Shown piece after piece: positions 47,674-57,999 of a DNA stretch of 64,000 nt (position 1 is its first letter; each line of letters begins with the position of its first letter). The translations under genes and the position numbers were made by a program. This stretch comes from Candidatus Latescibacterota bacterium (GTDB lineage Bacteria; Latescibacterota; UBA2968; UBA8231): assembly GCA_965204725.1 (NCBI GenBank), contig OZ242005.1:1120001-1184000 (forward strand), written 5' to 3'. The notes under the pieces were generated by a model. The model did no database searches, was not told the origin of the DNA, and saw nothing but the letters and a program-made list of their open reading frames with translations.

Positions 47674-48726
47674 ATGGAAAATCGTCCGCAAGTACTCATC
47701 GCTTGTAGCGAGCGGGTGCGCCATGGCTACCTGCCGCCCGAGGAACTGACGCGCCTAGGGCAGGTTGCCGACTGGGCGTGGTTTGCCTGCGAAGGCGGCA
47801 ACATTTACCGCGCCAGCGAAGACGCCGCGGCCACCGCGCAGTTGGCAGGGGAAATGGCGGCCGTAGATGCGCTCGTGGTCTGCCACGGTGCCCCGAGGAT
47901 TGGGGCCGCCGTGTTGGCAGCGGCCCCTCGGCTGCGCTTCATCGGCGAACTGGAAGGCGACCGCTTTGCCACCCGCATTGACTTAGACGCGGCGTGGGCG
48001 CGGGACATCCGCACGGTGGATACGACGAATGGCTCGTCCTATCCGGTGGCCGAGTGGGCCTTGGCGCTGACGCTGATTGCCATGCGCAACGCCGGTGCGC
48101 TCTTCCGCCGCATCCTCGCGGGGAATACCCAAAACCGCTCCACCCTTGAGCCGATGGCCGGCATGCTCACCGGCAAGCGGGTGGGGTTGATCGGCGGCGG
48201 CCATCTAGGGCGGCGGCTGATGAAACTGTTGCGGCCCTTTGAGGTCGAGCTGTGGGTCTGCGATCCGTACTTGCCGCAGGAGCTGGCCGAGGCGTTGGGC
48301 TTTTTGCAAACGTCGCTGGACAACGTGCTGTCGCAATGCGATGCCATTGTCTGCGTCGCGCCCCTGACGCCGCAGACTAAGGGCCTGATTGGCCGCCGCG
48401 AGTTGGAGCTCATTCCGGCGGGAGCGGCTTTGGTCAACGTGTCGCGCGGCCCCATTTTCGACTCCGCCGCCCTGATTGAGCGGCTCAAGCGCGGCGACAT
48501 TGCCGCCGGCTTGGATGTATTCGACCCGGAGCCGATCCCGGCCGATAGCGAGATTATCAGCCTGCCCAACGTGTTTTTGACTCCGCACTTTTCCGGGCGC
48601 ACCGGCGACGAATACCCGCACTTCTTCCGCCTCATGGTCGATGAATTAGAGCGTTTTTTCGCGGGCCACGAGACCTACTTCGACCTGACGCCGCGCTCGC
48701 GTGCCAACCGCGAGGGACGCCCGTGA
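47674..48726 (+). CDS. D-isomer-specific 2-hydroxyacid dehydrogenase
   Basis: VGLIGGGHLG, LVNVSRG, AGLDVFDPEP, LTPH. Confidence 0.9.
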   Translation: MENRPQVLIACSERVRHGYLPPEELTRLGQVADWAWFACEGGNIYRASEDAAATAQLAGEMAAVDALVVCHGAPRIGAAVLAAAPRLRFIGELEGDRFATRIDLDAAWARDIRTVDTTNGSSYPVAEWALALTLIAMRNAGALFRRILAGNTQNRSTLEPMAGMLTGKRVGLIGGGHLGRRLMKLLRPFEVELWVCDPYLPQELAEALGFLQTSLDNVLSQCDAIVCVAPLTPQTKGLIGRRELELIPAGAALVNVSRGPIFDSAALIERLKRGDIAAGLDVFDPEPIPADSEIISLPNVFLTPHFSGRTGDEYPHFFRLMVDELERFFAGHETYFDLTPRSRANREGRP

Positions 48727-50168
48727 AACGCCCCAACGTCCTCTACATCTTCACGGATCAGCAGCGCGTGGATACGCTGCGCTGCTACGGCAACACCCAG
48801 ATCGAGACCCCGGCCCTCGACTCGCTAGCCGCCAGCGGCTTTGTCTTTGAAAACGCCTATGTGAGCCAGCCGGTGTGCAGCCCGGCGCGGGCCACCATGC
48901 TGACCGGGCTGTGGCCACACGCGGCCGGTGTGCCGGCGTGCAATGTGCCGCTGGCCGCGGAGGTGCCGACCTTTGCCGAGATGCTGCCGCCGGACTACCA
49001 GACGGCCTTTATGGGCAAATGGCACTTGGGGGATGAGATTTTTCCCCAGCACGGCTTTACCACGTGGGTCGGCAGCGAAGACTCGTACCGGCGTTCCTAC
49101 TCCGCGCCGGAGCGGCTAGCGGTGCTCAGCCCGTATCACCACTTCTTGGTTGAGCAGGGGTTCGCGCCCGATGCGGAAAGCCTCGGCCAGCGCGTGTTCT
49201 CGCGCCACGCCCAAGCGTCCATGCCGGAGGAATACACCAAGGCGGTGTTTTTGGGCGAGCAGGCCGCCGAGTACATCCGCCAGAGCGGCGACGCGCCGTT
49301 CGCGCTGTGCGTCAGCTATCTGGAGCCGCATCCGCCGCACACTGGGCCGCTCAACGACTATTACGCCCCAGCGGTGCTGCCGACCGGGCCGAGCTTTCGG
49401 CAGCCTCCGCCGGCCGACGCGCCTTTGATCGTGCGGCTGATGGCGTCCTTTTACTCGGCCTCGGAAAACTACGGGTTGGACTTGCAGACGGAGGCTGGCT
49501 GGCGCGGGCTGATGGCCCGCTATTGGGGCAATGTGACGCTGGTAGATCGCTCGGTAGCCCGGATCCTCGCGGCTTTGGACGACAGCGGCAAGGCCGACGA
49601 TACCGTGGTGATTTTTACGTCGGATCACGGCGAACTCATGGGCGATCACGGCATTTTGGGCAAGACCCTGATGTACGAGGAGTCGATCAAGGTGCCGCTG
49701 CTGCTGCGTGCGCCCATGCTCGGCGTGGGGCATCGGCGCATCGGCGGCCGGTTCAGCCACATCGACTTGGTGCCCACGCTGCTCGACTTGCTGGGGATAG
49801 AAGCACCGGACCATTTGCAGGGGCAGAGCCGGGTGCCGGTGCTGCGCGGCCGCTCGGACTTGGCGGCCAACGACGTGTTTGTCGAGTGGAGCGGCACCGA
49901 CGGCCACCCGCCGGCCTCGATTGGCGAAGCCGAGCCGAACCGCAGCTTCGTCCATCCCCTCCGCACCCTTGTCGCAGCCGATGGCTGGAAGCTCAATCTG
50001 TACGGCGAGGGCCAAGGCGAGCTATACGACCTGAACGCCGACCCCCACGAGTTGGAGAATCTATACTACCGGCCCGAGCAGCGAGCGCGGATCGGCGAAT
50101 TGAGCGAGCGGATTCGCGCTTGGCAGGCGCAGACTGGGGACGAGGTAGCGCTGCCCGGCCTCGATTGA
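48723..50168 (+). CDS. Formylglycine-dependent sulfatase
   Basis: PNVLYIFTDQ, CSPARATMLTG (CxPxR), GKWHLG, FTSDHG, ELYDL..DPHE. Confidence 0.95.
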   Translation: MKRPNVLYIFTDQQRVDTLRCYGNTQIETPALDSLAASGFVFENAYVSQPVCSPARATMLTGLWPHAAGVPACNVPLAAEVPTFAEMLPPDYQTAFMGKWHLGDEIFPQHGFTTWVGSEDSYRRSYSAPERLAVLSPYHHFLVEQGFAPDAESLGQRVFSRHAQASMPEEYTKAVFLGEQAAEYIRQSGDAPFALCVSYLEPHPPHTGPLNDYYAPAVLPTGPSFRQPPPADAPLIVRLMASFYSASENYGLDLQTEAGWRGLMARYWGNVTLVDRSVARILAALDDSGKADDTVVIFTSDHGELMGDHGILGKTLMYEESIKVPLLLRAPMLGVGHRRIGGRFSHIDLVPTLLDLLGIEAPDHLQGQSRVPVLRGRSDLAANDVFVEWSGTDGHPPASIGEAEPNRSFVHPLRTLVAADGWKLNLYGEGQGELYDLNADPHELENLYYRPEQRARIGELSERIRAWQAQTGDEVALPGLD

Positions 50169-50182
50169 AGGAAACAGTGGGG

Positions 50183-50671
50183 CTAACTACAGCCGGCGTA
50201 CAAACTCTTCAATACGTCTTTGAACCCTTCCATTTCTTCGTGGAATTTTTCCCAGACGTCCTCCATCTCGGTGGCCAATCCGCGGCACAACTCCCAGCGC
50301 AATTGTGTACCGTATATATTCCTAAAAAGATGGCGGAAGCGCAGATAGGGGCGCAGTGCGTCTGCGAGGTCTGGGCTAAGGACGGCCGGGCGCACCGACT
50401 CTATTTCGCTCGTCATCCGGCCTAAAAGTTGCGTGTGCCAATAGGCACCGACAGGTAGTTCGCCATCGAGCTCGCTGGCGATGTGCTCTAGGAGCTGTTC
50501 CATGCCGGTATAGAAGTCGTGGAGGATGCTGCCAATGCCGCGCAGTTCCAGAGTGGTGGGCGATCCGTTGATTTTTTTGAGGGTCTCCCGACCTTCCGCC
50601 ACCACGGCGGCGAGCTGTTCTAGTGCGCGGTCAATGTCGGCCCGCAGCAGCAGGAACTTCTGTGCGCTCAT
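50183..50671 (-). CDS. HEPN (HepT-like) ribonuclease toxin
   Basis: LHDFYTGME…WHTQLL…RPAV…RFRHLFRNIYG; overlaps the upstream MNT gene. Confidence 0.8.
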   Translation of the reverse strand: MSAQKFLLLRADIDRALEQLAAVVAEGRETLKKINGSPTTLELRGIGSILHDFYTGMEQLLEHIASELDGELPVGAYWHTQLLGRMTSEIESVRPAVLSPDLADALRPYLRFRHLFRNIYGTQLRWELCRGLATEMEDVWEKFHEEMEGFKDVLKSLYAGCS

Positions 50672-51023
50672 GCAGTAGCACTCCCTCGTTGGCAACGCAC
50701 TTGAGCAGGGCTGGCGTCGCTGACTCAAGTAGAATCAAATCGACCTCGCGGCCTGCTAGCTCGGCGACTTCTGCTAACACCGCAAAGTAGCGTTCCGGTG
50801 CCAAGCCCGCGACGACCAAGTCGATATCCGAACGCGAGTGAAAACCGCGACCTCTGGCCAGCGAGCCGATTAGATACACGCGCTCGGCCCCGTACTCCTC
50901 GACTAAGGCTGTGGCGCAGACCTGCGCTTGCGCCCGCGCTTGGCGTGCGGCTTGGTCGAGTGCTTCCCGCTCTTGGCGCAGACGCTTTTGCCAAGCCTCG
51001 ATATACGATCTGTCGGTGTGCAT
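50631..51023 (-). CDS. Minimal nucleotidyltransferase (MNT/MntA-like) antitoxin
   Basis: YLIGSLARG…SDIDL…VDL; 130 aa; paired with the HEPN gene. Confidence 0.85.
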   Translation of the reverse strand: MHTDRSYIEAWQKRLRQEREALDQAARQARAQAQVCATALVEEYGAERVYLIGSLARGRGFHSRSDIDLVVAGLAPERYFAVLAEVAELAGREVDLILLESATPALLKCVANEGVLLHERTEVPAAAGRH

Positions 51024-51071
51024 ACGTCGAAGTATAACAGAAGCCGGGGCCGGAATCCACTGTACGCACGG

Positions 51072-52145
51072 CTAAGGAAAAAGCGTCCCTTCGAGCGCCT
51101 CGGCGTAGGTTTGTGGACGCCCGGAGTGGTCGCCGCCGAGCCAGCGATAGGCGCGCGGGTAGAGCGCGAGTGAGCGGTCGGCGAGCGGCAGGTTGAGCGG
51201 CACATTGCCCCACAGGGCCGAGTACTTGGCGGCGATGGCGACTTCGAGGGCTTGGCGCAGGTCGTGGCCGGAGATGGAGAGTGTGCCGCCGTTTCTTACG
51301 ACATCCAAAAACGACAGCACCGAAGTCCCTAGGTAGGAGAAGCGGGGGTATGCGAGCGGAGTATAGGGGCGGTTGCTCTTTGTGCGGATGCCCTGCGCGT
51401 TGCGGCCTTGGAAAATTTCGGGGGGTCCCCAATCCCAGCGGACGAGCGCGTCGTCGGTCCACACCGCTACGCCGCGGCCGGGTGTCGGTTGGCCAAAAAC
51501 CGGACAGGCGAGGCCGTTGCTGAGCAGAAATTGCCCGTTGATGATCAAGCCCTCGTCGTCGGCGCGTGCGAGGGCCTCCGGTGGGGTGCCCCAAGCGATG
51601 ACTTGGGTGATCTCGGCTTGGGTGAAAAGCCGCAAAACCGCGATGTGCTGGCAGCCCCCCCCGGAAATCTCGCCGCCCCAGCCGTGGACGCTGGCCCCGC
51701 GCAACGGGCCGTACTCGCCAGCGCGCAGCCAGCCGGCTGCTTCTTGCACCTCGCCCATAGCCCGTTGCAGGTTGCCGCCGGCAAAGACTACGCCGCGCCT
51801 TTCGCATTCCTCGATCATGGCATCTACATCTGACAGGCGGGCCTCAATGGGCTTGTCCGTGGAGACGCCCTTGACGCCCGCTTGCGCGGCGGCGATGACG
51901 GCCTCCTTGATATACTGGCCGGGCAGCACGACGACCGCGATGTCCGGGACGATGTGCTGGAAGAGGTCTTGCGCGTCCCGATAGAGTGCGCGGATGCCGA
52001 AGCGCTCGCCGACAGCTTGACGTCGCTCGGGGTTGTACTCGGCGATGGCGACTAGCTCGGTGTGAGGCAAGGTTTGATAGACTTCGGCGTAGTGCTGGCC
52101 GAGGCGACCGCAGCCAATGATGGCGACTGTGTATTTTTCGTCCAT
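51072..52145 (-). CDS. Gfo/Idh/MocA family oxidoreductase
   Basis: VAIIGCGRLG Rossmann motif; TDKP at the EKP-equivalent position. Confidence 0.88.
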   Translation of the reverse strand: MDEKYTVAIIGCGRLGQHYAEVYQTLPHTELVAIAEYNPERRQAVGERFGIRALYRDAQDLFQHIVPDIAVVVLPGQYIKEAVIAAAQAGVKGVSTDKPIEARLSDVDAMIEECERRGVVFAGGNLQRAMGEVQEAAGWLRAGEYGPLRGASVHGWGGEISGGGCQHIAVLRLFTQAEITQVIAWGTPPEALARADDEGLIINGQFLLSNGLACPVFGQPTPGRGVAVWTDDALVRWDWGPPEIFQGRNAQGIRTKSNRPYTPLAYPRFSYLGTSVLSFLDVVRNGGTLSISGHDLRQALEVAIAAKYSALWGNVPLNLPLADRSLALYPRAYRWLGGDHSGRPQTYAEALEGTLFP

Positions 52146-52160
52146 GGATGGGGTGCTCCT

Positions 52161-53849
52161 TTAGGTGGGTGGGCCGGCGTGGTAGGTTGCTGCGACCCAA
52201 GCGGCACTTTGGGCTACCGGCGATAGATACACCTCGGCGATGGTGCCTTGGAAGCGGGCGCTGCCGCCGGCGATGTGGCCGATGGTCAGGGGGATGGTCG
52301 TCTGTTGCAACGGGCGGCCCCCGGCCGAGCGCGAGGCCGCGAGTGTGCCGTCGATGTAGAGCTGGATGCGCACGCCGTCGTACACGCCGGCGAGGTGATG
52401 GACGCCGGGGGCGAGGGTTTGGTGCGCGGCCACGCTGACCGCGCCGGCCGTGGTGTTGACGATGAAGCAGGGGCCGGGCACGGCCGCGCACAGCCCGCCG
52501 TTGTGCCCCACATCGCCGTAGCGCAGGGAGAACGCGCCATCGGTCCCGAGCGTGTCGTAGCGGAGGACCCGGCCATGGGCGTGGTCGCCGTCGCGGTCGC
52601 CGCGCCAAGGAGCGGTGTAGAAATAGCGACCGTCGAACGCGCCGGCGTTGTACGCGGTGGTGTGCAGGCCGTCGGTATAGCTGGCGTCGTGGGTTTGCCA
52701 CGCGGCAGGGTCGTCAAACGGCGCGGCCGTGTCGTAGCGCAGCCAAGAGCCGTGGAAGACGCTCTCGCCAGCCGCCGCGGCGCGGGTGAAGGGCACGTAG
52801 TATATATAGCGTCCGTCGAAGAAGCCGCCGTCAAAGCCGCTGTTCGCCACGGGAACGTGGGTTTGCCACGCGGCGGGGTCGTCAAACGGGGCGGCCGTGT
52901 CGTAGCGCACCATCGAGCTGTTGCCGTACGCGCAAAAATAGAGGTGCCGCCCGTCGAACACGGCCCCGACGTTCATCTGCATCCCCAAAGGACGGGCGTC
53001 GTATAGGTCCCAGCTTTGCGGGTCGGCGAAATCCTCGGCGACTGCGTAGCGGAGGACGTGGCCGCTGGTCAGGGGCGCGAAATAGATGTGGCGTCCGTCG
53101 AACGCAGCGCCGTCGAAACAGGCCGCCTCCGGGCTGAGTTTTTGGGCGTTGAAGACGGCATAGCTCGCGGGGTCCTTCAGGGGCGCGGTCGTGTCGTAGC
53201 GGAGGATATGCCCGCTGGGCTCGTCGTCCAAACCGCCGGTCGCCGACCGCGTGTATCCCGGGCAGCAGTAGAGGTAGCGACCGTCCGAAGCGAGTCCCTG
53301 TCCCGAGTGGGGCACTTGGGCGTCGTGAGCGGCCCAAGCGGCCGGGTCTTTGAAGTCGGCGTGGGTGTCGTAGCGCAAGAGCCGCGTGTGATGGACAATG
53401 CCGTCGTCGTGCGGGTTGAAGTACACGTAGCGGCCGTCAAAGGCCCCGCCGTAGAAGCCCGCGGTGTGCAAGCCGTCGGTCTGGCTGGCGTCGTAGGCGG
53501 CCCAAGCGGCTGGGTCTTTGAATTCGGCGTGGGTGTCGAGGCGGAGGACGCGACCGTGGACGGAAGTGCGGTCATTCCGGTCGCGGATGGGGCAGAAGTA
53601 CGCGTAGCGGCCGTCGAACACTGCGCCGAAGTAGCCTTGGGTCACCAAGCCGTCTGTGTGGCCGGCGTCATAGGCGTCAAACGCATCAAAGGCGGCGCGG
53701 GGCCGCCACTGCGAGACGAGCGGCTGCATGGCTTCGGCGCGGGCCGTGGAGCTTTCGACCCAAGCGGCGACCGTCAGCGCGTTGTCAAAGGGGCGATCGA
53801 GCGCGAAGGGGGCGTTGGCCCGGATGCGGTATTCGGGGGTTTCGGACAT
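52161..53849 (-). CDS. LamG/ConA-like domain protein with seven inserted 'FDGR[Y/H]xYF' beta-propeller repeats
   Basis: N-terminal LTVAAWV and C-terminal HHLAGVYDG…LYIDG…LTIG…FQGTIAEV flank 7 repeats. A 54-bp internal DNA repeat lies at 52688-52741 and 52856-52909. Confidence 0.7.
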   Translation of the reverse strand: MSETPEYRIRANAPFALDRPFDNALTVAAWVESSTARAEAMQPLVSQWRPRAAFDAFDAYDAGHTDGLVTQGYFGAVFDGRYAYFCPIRDRNDRTSVHGRVLRLDTHAEFKDPAAWAAYDASQTDGLHTAGFYGGAFDGRYVYFNPHDDGIVHHTRLLRYDTHADFKDPAAWAAHDAQVPHSGQGLASDGRYLYCCPGYTRSATGGLDDEPSGHILRYDTTAPLKDPASYAVFNAQKLSPEAACFDGAAFDGRHIYFAPLTSGHVLRYAVAEDFADPQSWDLYDARPLGMQMNVGAVFDGRHLYFCAYGNSSMVRYDTAAPFDDPAAWQTHVPVANSGFDGGFFDGRYIYYVPFTRAAAAGESVFHGSWLRYDTAAPFDDPAAWQTHDASYTDGLHTTAYNAGAFDGRYFYTAPWRGDRDGDHAHGRVLRYDTLGTDGAFSLRYGDVGHNGGLCAAVPGPCFIVNTTAGAVSVAAHQTLAPGVHHLAGVYDGVRIQLYIDGTLAASRSAGGRPLQQTTIPLTIGHIAGGSARFQGTIAEVYLSPVAQSAAWVAATYHAGPPT

Positions 53850-53930
53850 AGCATGAGAATCCTAAGAGAAAATCCTGCATGGCGAAAGCTAATGAAGGCG
53901 GCGGTCGAAAACCACGAGATGTCGGCTGTA

Positions 53931-55946
53931 TCACCGGCCCGGCGAAAACTCCGCTTTCCAGAGGGTGCGGTTCTCTTTGGAAATCCACTGGCCGGTATGG
54001 ATGCGGTCGATGGCGTAGGTGGGGAGATGGGCGATCTTGATGCACTGATCGCCCAGCCGGAAGCTAGGGGATTTCCGCCGATAGTCCCTGAAATAGAAGT
54101 CGAGATTCTCCGAACCGTACTGTTGGCGGTGGGCGGGCAGGTCGGCCGGGTCGGCGGGGACGATGTGTAAAACGAACTTCGCCTGCACGTCGGCGGGAGC
54201 GCATGGCTCTTTGCGGTAAATCAGCTTGCGTCCGGTGCGGTACACGGTCCAGCCGGCGCGAACCACTTGCTCGCTGGCCTGTTGGATGAGTTGGTCCACG
54301 TAGCGTTGTTTCCGGGCGCGATGCCCGCCTTCGTCGAGGGGTTCGGACGCTGTGCGGCGGAGTACGAGGCCGTCGGCCAATTCGGCCACGATTTCTATGC
54401 CGGGCAAGAGACGGAGGTCCAAGTCGTCGTAGCCGAGACGTTCTCGACTCTCATAATAGAACTCATCAAGCCAAACGATATGCGCCCCAGCCTCGATCTC
54501 GGCCCACCCCATCTTGTGCGGGATCATTCGGTGGGTTCTCAACTTAGCGGCGGTCCGATCCCCAAGCAAAGCAAACGTTGCCTTGTTGCTGTAAACCCTG
54601 CCGACGATATGGCTGTCCCGGATGTACTTCAGGGTCGCGGAATGTTGCCAGCGGACGCACTTTCTCGGCGTATTTCCGTACCCGGCGACATAAGCTTGGG
54701 TGGTACGGAGGTTTTCTCGCGCCGAGAAGCCGACGTGGGCGAGAAAACCCAGCCCGACGAGGGACGCTACAACGTACCGGACAGCAGCCACCCGACTCGC
54801 CGCCTCGATGGACAGGAAGCGATCGAGCAAAAACGCCCCAACCAACAGCAGCGGCACGTATATCGGCAGCAGGTAGCGGCTGTCGATTTTCTGACCAACC
54901 GTGAAGGGCACGACGACGATGAGGAATACGAGGTAGATCACGGAGAACGTCCCGAATGGGATCGCCAGCCCCAAGCGGACATACACCGGCGCGGTCTCTG
55001 AGTCAGGCCGGCGACTGCGAAGGCCGACCGCGCCGGCGGCGAGGCTGACCGCCACGACCGTCAGGCACAGCAGATACGCCAACCCATCCGGCGTTGGGGG
55101 ACGACCCCACTCGCGGAACACTTCGATGGCTTGGCTCATCCCATCGGATAGAGACTGCCCCCTAGGATTATCCCTGTTTCCTGTTGCCCGGGTCAGGTTG
55201 CCGGTGACCGCCCAATTGTGCGCCAATACGGCCAGCAAGGGCAGAGACGAGACCGCGCCAAAGACGAGGGTCTGTCTTAGCCGAGCGAGGGGGAGCAGCA
55301 GCAGGACGCCGGTGCCGATCAGGGCCACGCCCGGATAGCGGGTTATCGCGGCCAACGCGGTGAACACCGCCGCCCACCACAGGGGCGCGGCCGTCCGCCA
55401 GTTGAGGAAGGCCCCCAACTGCATCAAGGCGAGGAGCGTAAACAAGACGAAGAGGGCGTCGGTCATGAAGTGTGACGCCCAACGGCTCAAGGGCAGGGAG
55501 GCCGCGAGGGTCGCGGTGGCCGCCAGTGCCAGCCACTGCGACCGGAGATTGGAGCGCAGCCAACACCCGGCGGCGAGGATAGTCAGCCCGAAGGCGGTGG
55601 CGTTGATCCACCGACCCGCGGCCAGCGGGTCGATGCCAACCCAACCGCTGGCCGCCAACAACAGGGGGAACAAGGGCGGCCATAATACCAGCGGATCGCC
55701 CTTGAAATCCCGCCAGCCCTCTCCGGCGAGGAAGTTCAGGGCCGTAGAAAGGTAAAATACGGAGTCCGGGCCGACCGCGGCGCCGCAGGGGGCGGTGCGG
55801 ACGAGGATGTGCGCGGTGCCCAGCCCGGCGAGGACGACGATGAGCAGCGCGATGCGGTCGCGCCAGAACCGGGCGAGCCACGCGAATGGGGTAGTTCCCC
55901 CCCCCTCCCCCCCCCCCATCTTCATAAGTATATTAAAAACAATCAC
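53931..55946 (-). CDS. GT-C (ArnT/PMT-like) membrane glycosyltransferase, paralog 1
   Basis: Polytopic; PDSVFY, WPPLFP, TDALF, TRYPG, RYLLP. Start uncertain (GTG 55946, ATG 55925 or ATG 55919). Confidence 0.75.
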   Translation of the reverse strand: MIVFNILMKMGGGEGGGTTPFAWLARFWRDRIALLIVVLAGLGTAHILVRTAPCGAAVGPDSVFYLSTALNFLAGEGWRDFKGDPLVLWPPLFPLLLAASGWVGIDPLAAGRWINATAFGLTILAAGCWLRSNLRSQWLALAATATLAASLPLSRWASHFMTDALFVLFTLLALMQLGAFLNWRTAAPLWWAAVFTALAAITRYPGVALIGTGVLLLLPLARLRQTLVFGAVSSLPLLAVLAHNWAVTGNLTRATGNRDNPRGQSLSDGMSQAIEVFREWGRPPTPDGLAYLLCLTVVAVSLAAGAVGLRSRRPDSETAPVYVRLGLAIPFGTFSVIYLVFLIVVVPFTVGQKIDSRYLLPIYVPLLLVGAFLLDRFLSIEAASRVAAVRYVVASLVGLGFLAHVGFSARENLRTTQAYVAGYGNTPRKCVRWQHSATLKYIRDSHIVGRVYSNKATFALLGDRTAAKLRTHRMIPHKMGWAEIEAGAHIVWLDEFYYESRERLGYDDLDLRLLPGIEIVAELADGLVLRRTASEPLDEGGHRARKQRYVDQLIQQASEQVVRAGWTVYRTGRKLIYRKEPCAPADVQAKFVLHIVPADPADLPAHRQQYGSENLDFYFRDYRRKSPSFRLGDQCIKIAHLPTYAIDRIHTGQWISKENRTLWKAEFSPGR
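55897..55917 (-). repeat. Homopolymeric G11-A-G9 tract at the 5' end of GT paralog 1
   Basis: Plus strand C9-T-C11, adjoining ATG 55919 on the minus strand. Confidence 0.9.
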
Positions 55947-55977
55947 TTATGTATTTATCATTTTGGATCGCCGGTGA

Positions 55978-57999
55978 TCACCGGCCCGGCGAAAACTCCG
56001 CTTCCCAGAGGGTGCGGTTCTCTTTGGCAATCCACTGGCCGACATGGATGCGGTCGATGGCGTAGGCGGGGAGATGGGCGATCGCGACACACTGGTCGTC
56101 CAGCCGGAAGCTAGGGGATTTCCGACGATAGTCCCTGAAATAGAAGTCGAGATTCTCCGAACCGTACTGTTGGCGGTGGGCGGGCAGGTCGGCTAGATCA
56201 GCCGGGACGACGTGCAAGACGAACTTCGCCTGCACGTCGGCGGAAGTGCATGGCTCTTTGCGGTAGATCAGCTTGCGTCCGGTGTGGTACACGGTCCAGC
56301 CGGCGCGGCGTACTTGCTCGCTGGCCTGTTGGATGAGTTGGTCCACGTAGCGTTGTTTGCGGGCGCGATGCCTCGACGCATCGAAGGGTTCGGCAGCCGT
56401 GCGGCGGAACACGACGCCGTCGGCCAATTCGGCCACGACTTCTATGCCGGGCAGGACCCGGAGGTCCAAGTCGTGGAAGCCGAGATGTTCTCGATCATAG
56501 GGCCTATCAAACCAAACGATATGCGCCCCGACCTCGATCTCGGCCCACCCCATCTTGTTTGCGATTTCTCGGTACTTTCTCTGCTTTCTTAGGGCGGCGG
56601 TCCGATCCCAAAACCAAGCAAGACCTCCATAGTCGCTGTAAATCCTGCCCTCGATATGGTTGTCCCGGATATAATTCAGGGTCTCGGACTGTTGCCAGCG
56701 GGCGGCATTGTACGACCCGTATCTGACATGAGCTTGGTCGGTACGACGGAGGTTTTCTCGTGCCGAGAAGCCGATGTGGGCGAGAGCGCCTAGCACGACG
56801 AGGGACGCCAACCCGTAGCGGGCGGCTACCGTCCAGCCCGCCGCCTCAACGGACAGGAACCGATCCAGCAGCAGCACCGCCACCAACAGCAACGGCACAT
56901 ACACCGGCAGCAGGAATCGGAGGGGCATTCCACTTTCATAAGGAGGAATCGTGAAGGGCACGATGGCGACGATGAATACGAGGTAGCCAACGGCGAACAC
57001 CCCGAATGGGAGAGCCGGCCCCAACCCGAAGGAGGGCGACGCCGTCCGATCCGTTCCCTTATTTCCGCCCCTTCGTCCTGCCCGTCCATGCCTAACGACG
57101 ACTGCCCCCGCTGCTAGAACTAGCCCGGCCGCCATCCACAGGAGGTAACCCAACCCGTCCGGTGCATTCGGGGGAATCATCCACCCCCGGAATCCATCCG
57201 CCATTCGGCTCAGCAAATCGGACAGAGACTCCCCCGACCCGCTTCTCGGCCCGGTCAGGGTCCCGGAGACGACCCAGTTGCGCGTCAGCACCCCCGCGAG
57301 GGGCATGGATGAGACCGCACCAAATACGATGGCGTCTTTCAACCGGGCGGCCAGCGGTCGGGCGCGACGCACCAGCAGCACGAGGACGCCGACGCCGATC
57401 AGGACCACGCCCGGATAGCGGGTTAGCACGGCCAACGCGGTGAAAACCGCCGCCCACCACAGGGGCGCGTCCGTCTTGCGGTGGAGGAAGGCCGCCAACT
57501 GGATCAAGGCGAGGAGCGCAAGCAGGACGAAGAGGGGCTCGGTCATGAAGTGGGCTGCCCAATGGCTCAAGGGCAAGGAGGCCACGAGGGTCGCGGTGGC
57601 CGCCAGTGCCAGCAGCCGCGACCGGAGATGGGAGCGCAGCCAGCCGCCGGCGGCAAGGATGGTCAGCCCGAAGGCGGTGGCGTTGACCCACCGACCCGCT
57701 TCTAGCGGCTCGATGCCGACCCAACCGAAGGCTGCCAGCAACAGGGGGAACAAGGGCGGCCATAACGTCAGCGGGCTGCCCTCGAAATTCCGCCAGCCCT
57801 CTCCGGCGAGGAAGTTCAGGGCCGTAGAAAGGAAATTTACGGAGTCCGCGGTAACTGCGGTGCCGTAGGTGGCGGTGCGGACGAGGATGTGCGCGGTGCC
57901 CAGCCCGGCGAGGACGACGATGAGCAGGGTGGTGCGGGCGCGCCCAAACCGGGCGAGCCACGCGATGGCGCCGCGGCCATATCGGGCGTCTGGTATCAC
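55978..57999 (-). CDS. GT-C membrane glycosyltransferase, paralog 2
   Basis: Same motifs as paralog 1. The probable GTG start overlaps the paralog 3 stop (GTGA). Confidence 0.75.
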   Translation of the reverse strand: MIPDARYGRGAIAWLARFGRARTTLLIVVLAGLGTAHILVRTATYGTAVTADSVNFLSTALNFLAGEGWRNFEGSPLTLWPPLFPLLLAAFGWVGIEPLEAGRWVNATAFGLTILAAGGWLRSHLRSRLLALAATATLVASLPLSHWAAHFMTEPLFVLLALLALIQLAAFLHRKTDAPLWWAAVFTALAVLTRYPGVVLIGVGVLVLLVRRARPLAARLKDAIVFGAVSSMPLAGVLTRNWVVSGTLTGPRSGSGESLSDLLSRMADGFRGWMIPPNAPDGLGYLLWMAAGLVLAAGAVVVRHGRAGRRGGNKGTDRTASPSFGLGPALPFGVFAVGYLVFIVAIVPFTIPPYESGMPLRFLLPVYVPLLLVAVLLLDRFLSVEAAGWTVAARYGLASLVVLGALAHIGFSARENLRRTDQAHVRYGSYNAARWQQSETLNYIRDNHIEGRIYSDYGGLAWFWDRTAALRKQRKYREIANKMGWAEIEVGAHIVWFDRPYDREHLGFHDLDLRVLPGIEVVAELADGVVFRRTAAEPFDASRHRARKQRYVDQLIQQASEQVRRAGWTVYHTGRKLIYRKEPCTSADVQAKFVLHVVPADLADLPAHRQQYGSENLDFYFRDYRRKSPSFRLDDQCVAIAHLPAYAIDRIHVGQWIAKENRTLWEAEFSPGR

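Noticed and set aside
50183-51023. MNT-HEPN pair as a novel system
   Set aside because: Well-known and very common toxin-antitoxin module; listed as features only.
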